A DNA stretch of 24,705 bases from the IMG/VR virus record IMGVR_UViG_3300043414_001131, positions 1 through 24,705 of that record; one strand, 5' to 3'. Position 1 is the stretch's first letter. Each line of letters starts with the position of its first letter. The translations under genes were made by a program, and so were the position numbers. The notes beneath the pieces were generated by a model. The model was given only the letters and a program-made list of their open reading frames with translations, was not told the DNA's origin and searched no databases. Source of the DNA: a virus. Taxonomy: Duplodnaviria > Caudoviricetes. Of this stretch, positions 24,631-24,705 are shown one piece after another.

Positions 24631-24705
24631 CACGCACGCTCCAGTTCTGCGAGGGCTTCGCACAGTGCCTTGTACGTTGTCTCGAACTTGGCAATGTCAT
24701 CCATG
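24630..24705 (-). CDS. Partial hypothetical protein (C-terminus only)
   Basis: ...MDDIAKFETTYKALCEALAELERA*; its TGA overlaps the next ATG. Confidence 0.5.
   Translation of the reverse strand, partial: MDDIAKFETTYKALCEALAELERA

Noticed and set aside
1-24705. Alternative genetic code or stop-codon reassignment
   Set aside because: RNAP, portal and capsid are full length under the standard code and genes tile tightly.

Overview
GC-rich fragment of a T7-like (Autographiviridae-type) podophage or prophage genome. Every credible gene is on the minus strand, so transcription runs right to left. Gene order: a chain of small, overlapping early-type hypothetical ORFs ending in an excisionase-like HTH gene; a single-subunit RNA polymerase; a permuted papain-like peptidase; gp6.5- and gp7.3-like small genes; portal; scaffold; an unknown gene; major capsid; a putative decoration protein; a lipoprotein with u-spanin architecture and a holin-like gene; an SGNH/FCCH-like virion protein; two tail tubular A (gp11) paralogs; a tail tubular B (gp12) split into two genes; and internal virion proteins gp14/gp15/gp16-like (the last runs off the left edge and is missing from the ORF track). 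Main points of interest: the RNAP reads closer to mitochondrial/plastid RpoT enzymes than to T7 RNAP and sits directly before the late genes with no replication genes nearby; the tail is remodelled (duplicated adaptor, split nozzle with inserted domains); and a three-hairpin GNRA leader covers part of the capsid ribosome-binding site. No tRNA, rRNA, CRISPR, IS element, terminase, integrase or canonical endolysin was seen. All family calls rest on motif recognition and synteny, not on database searches.
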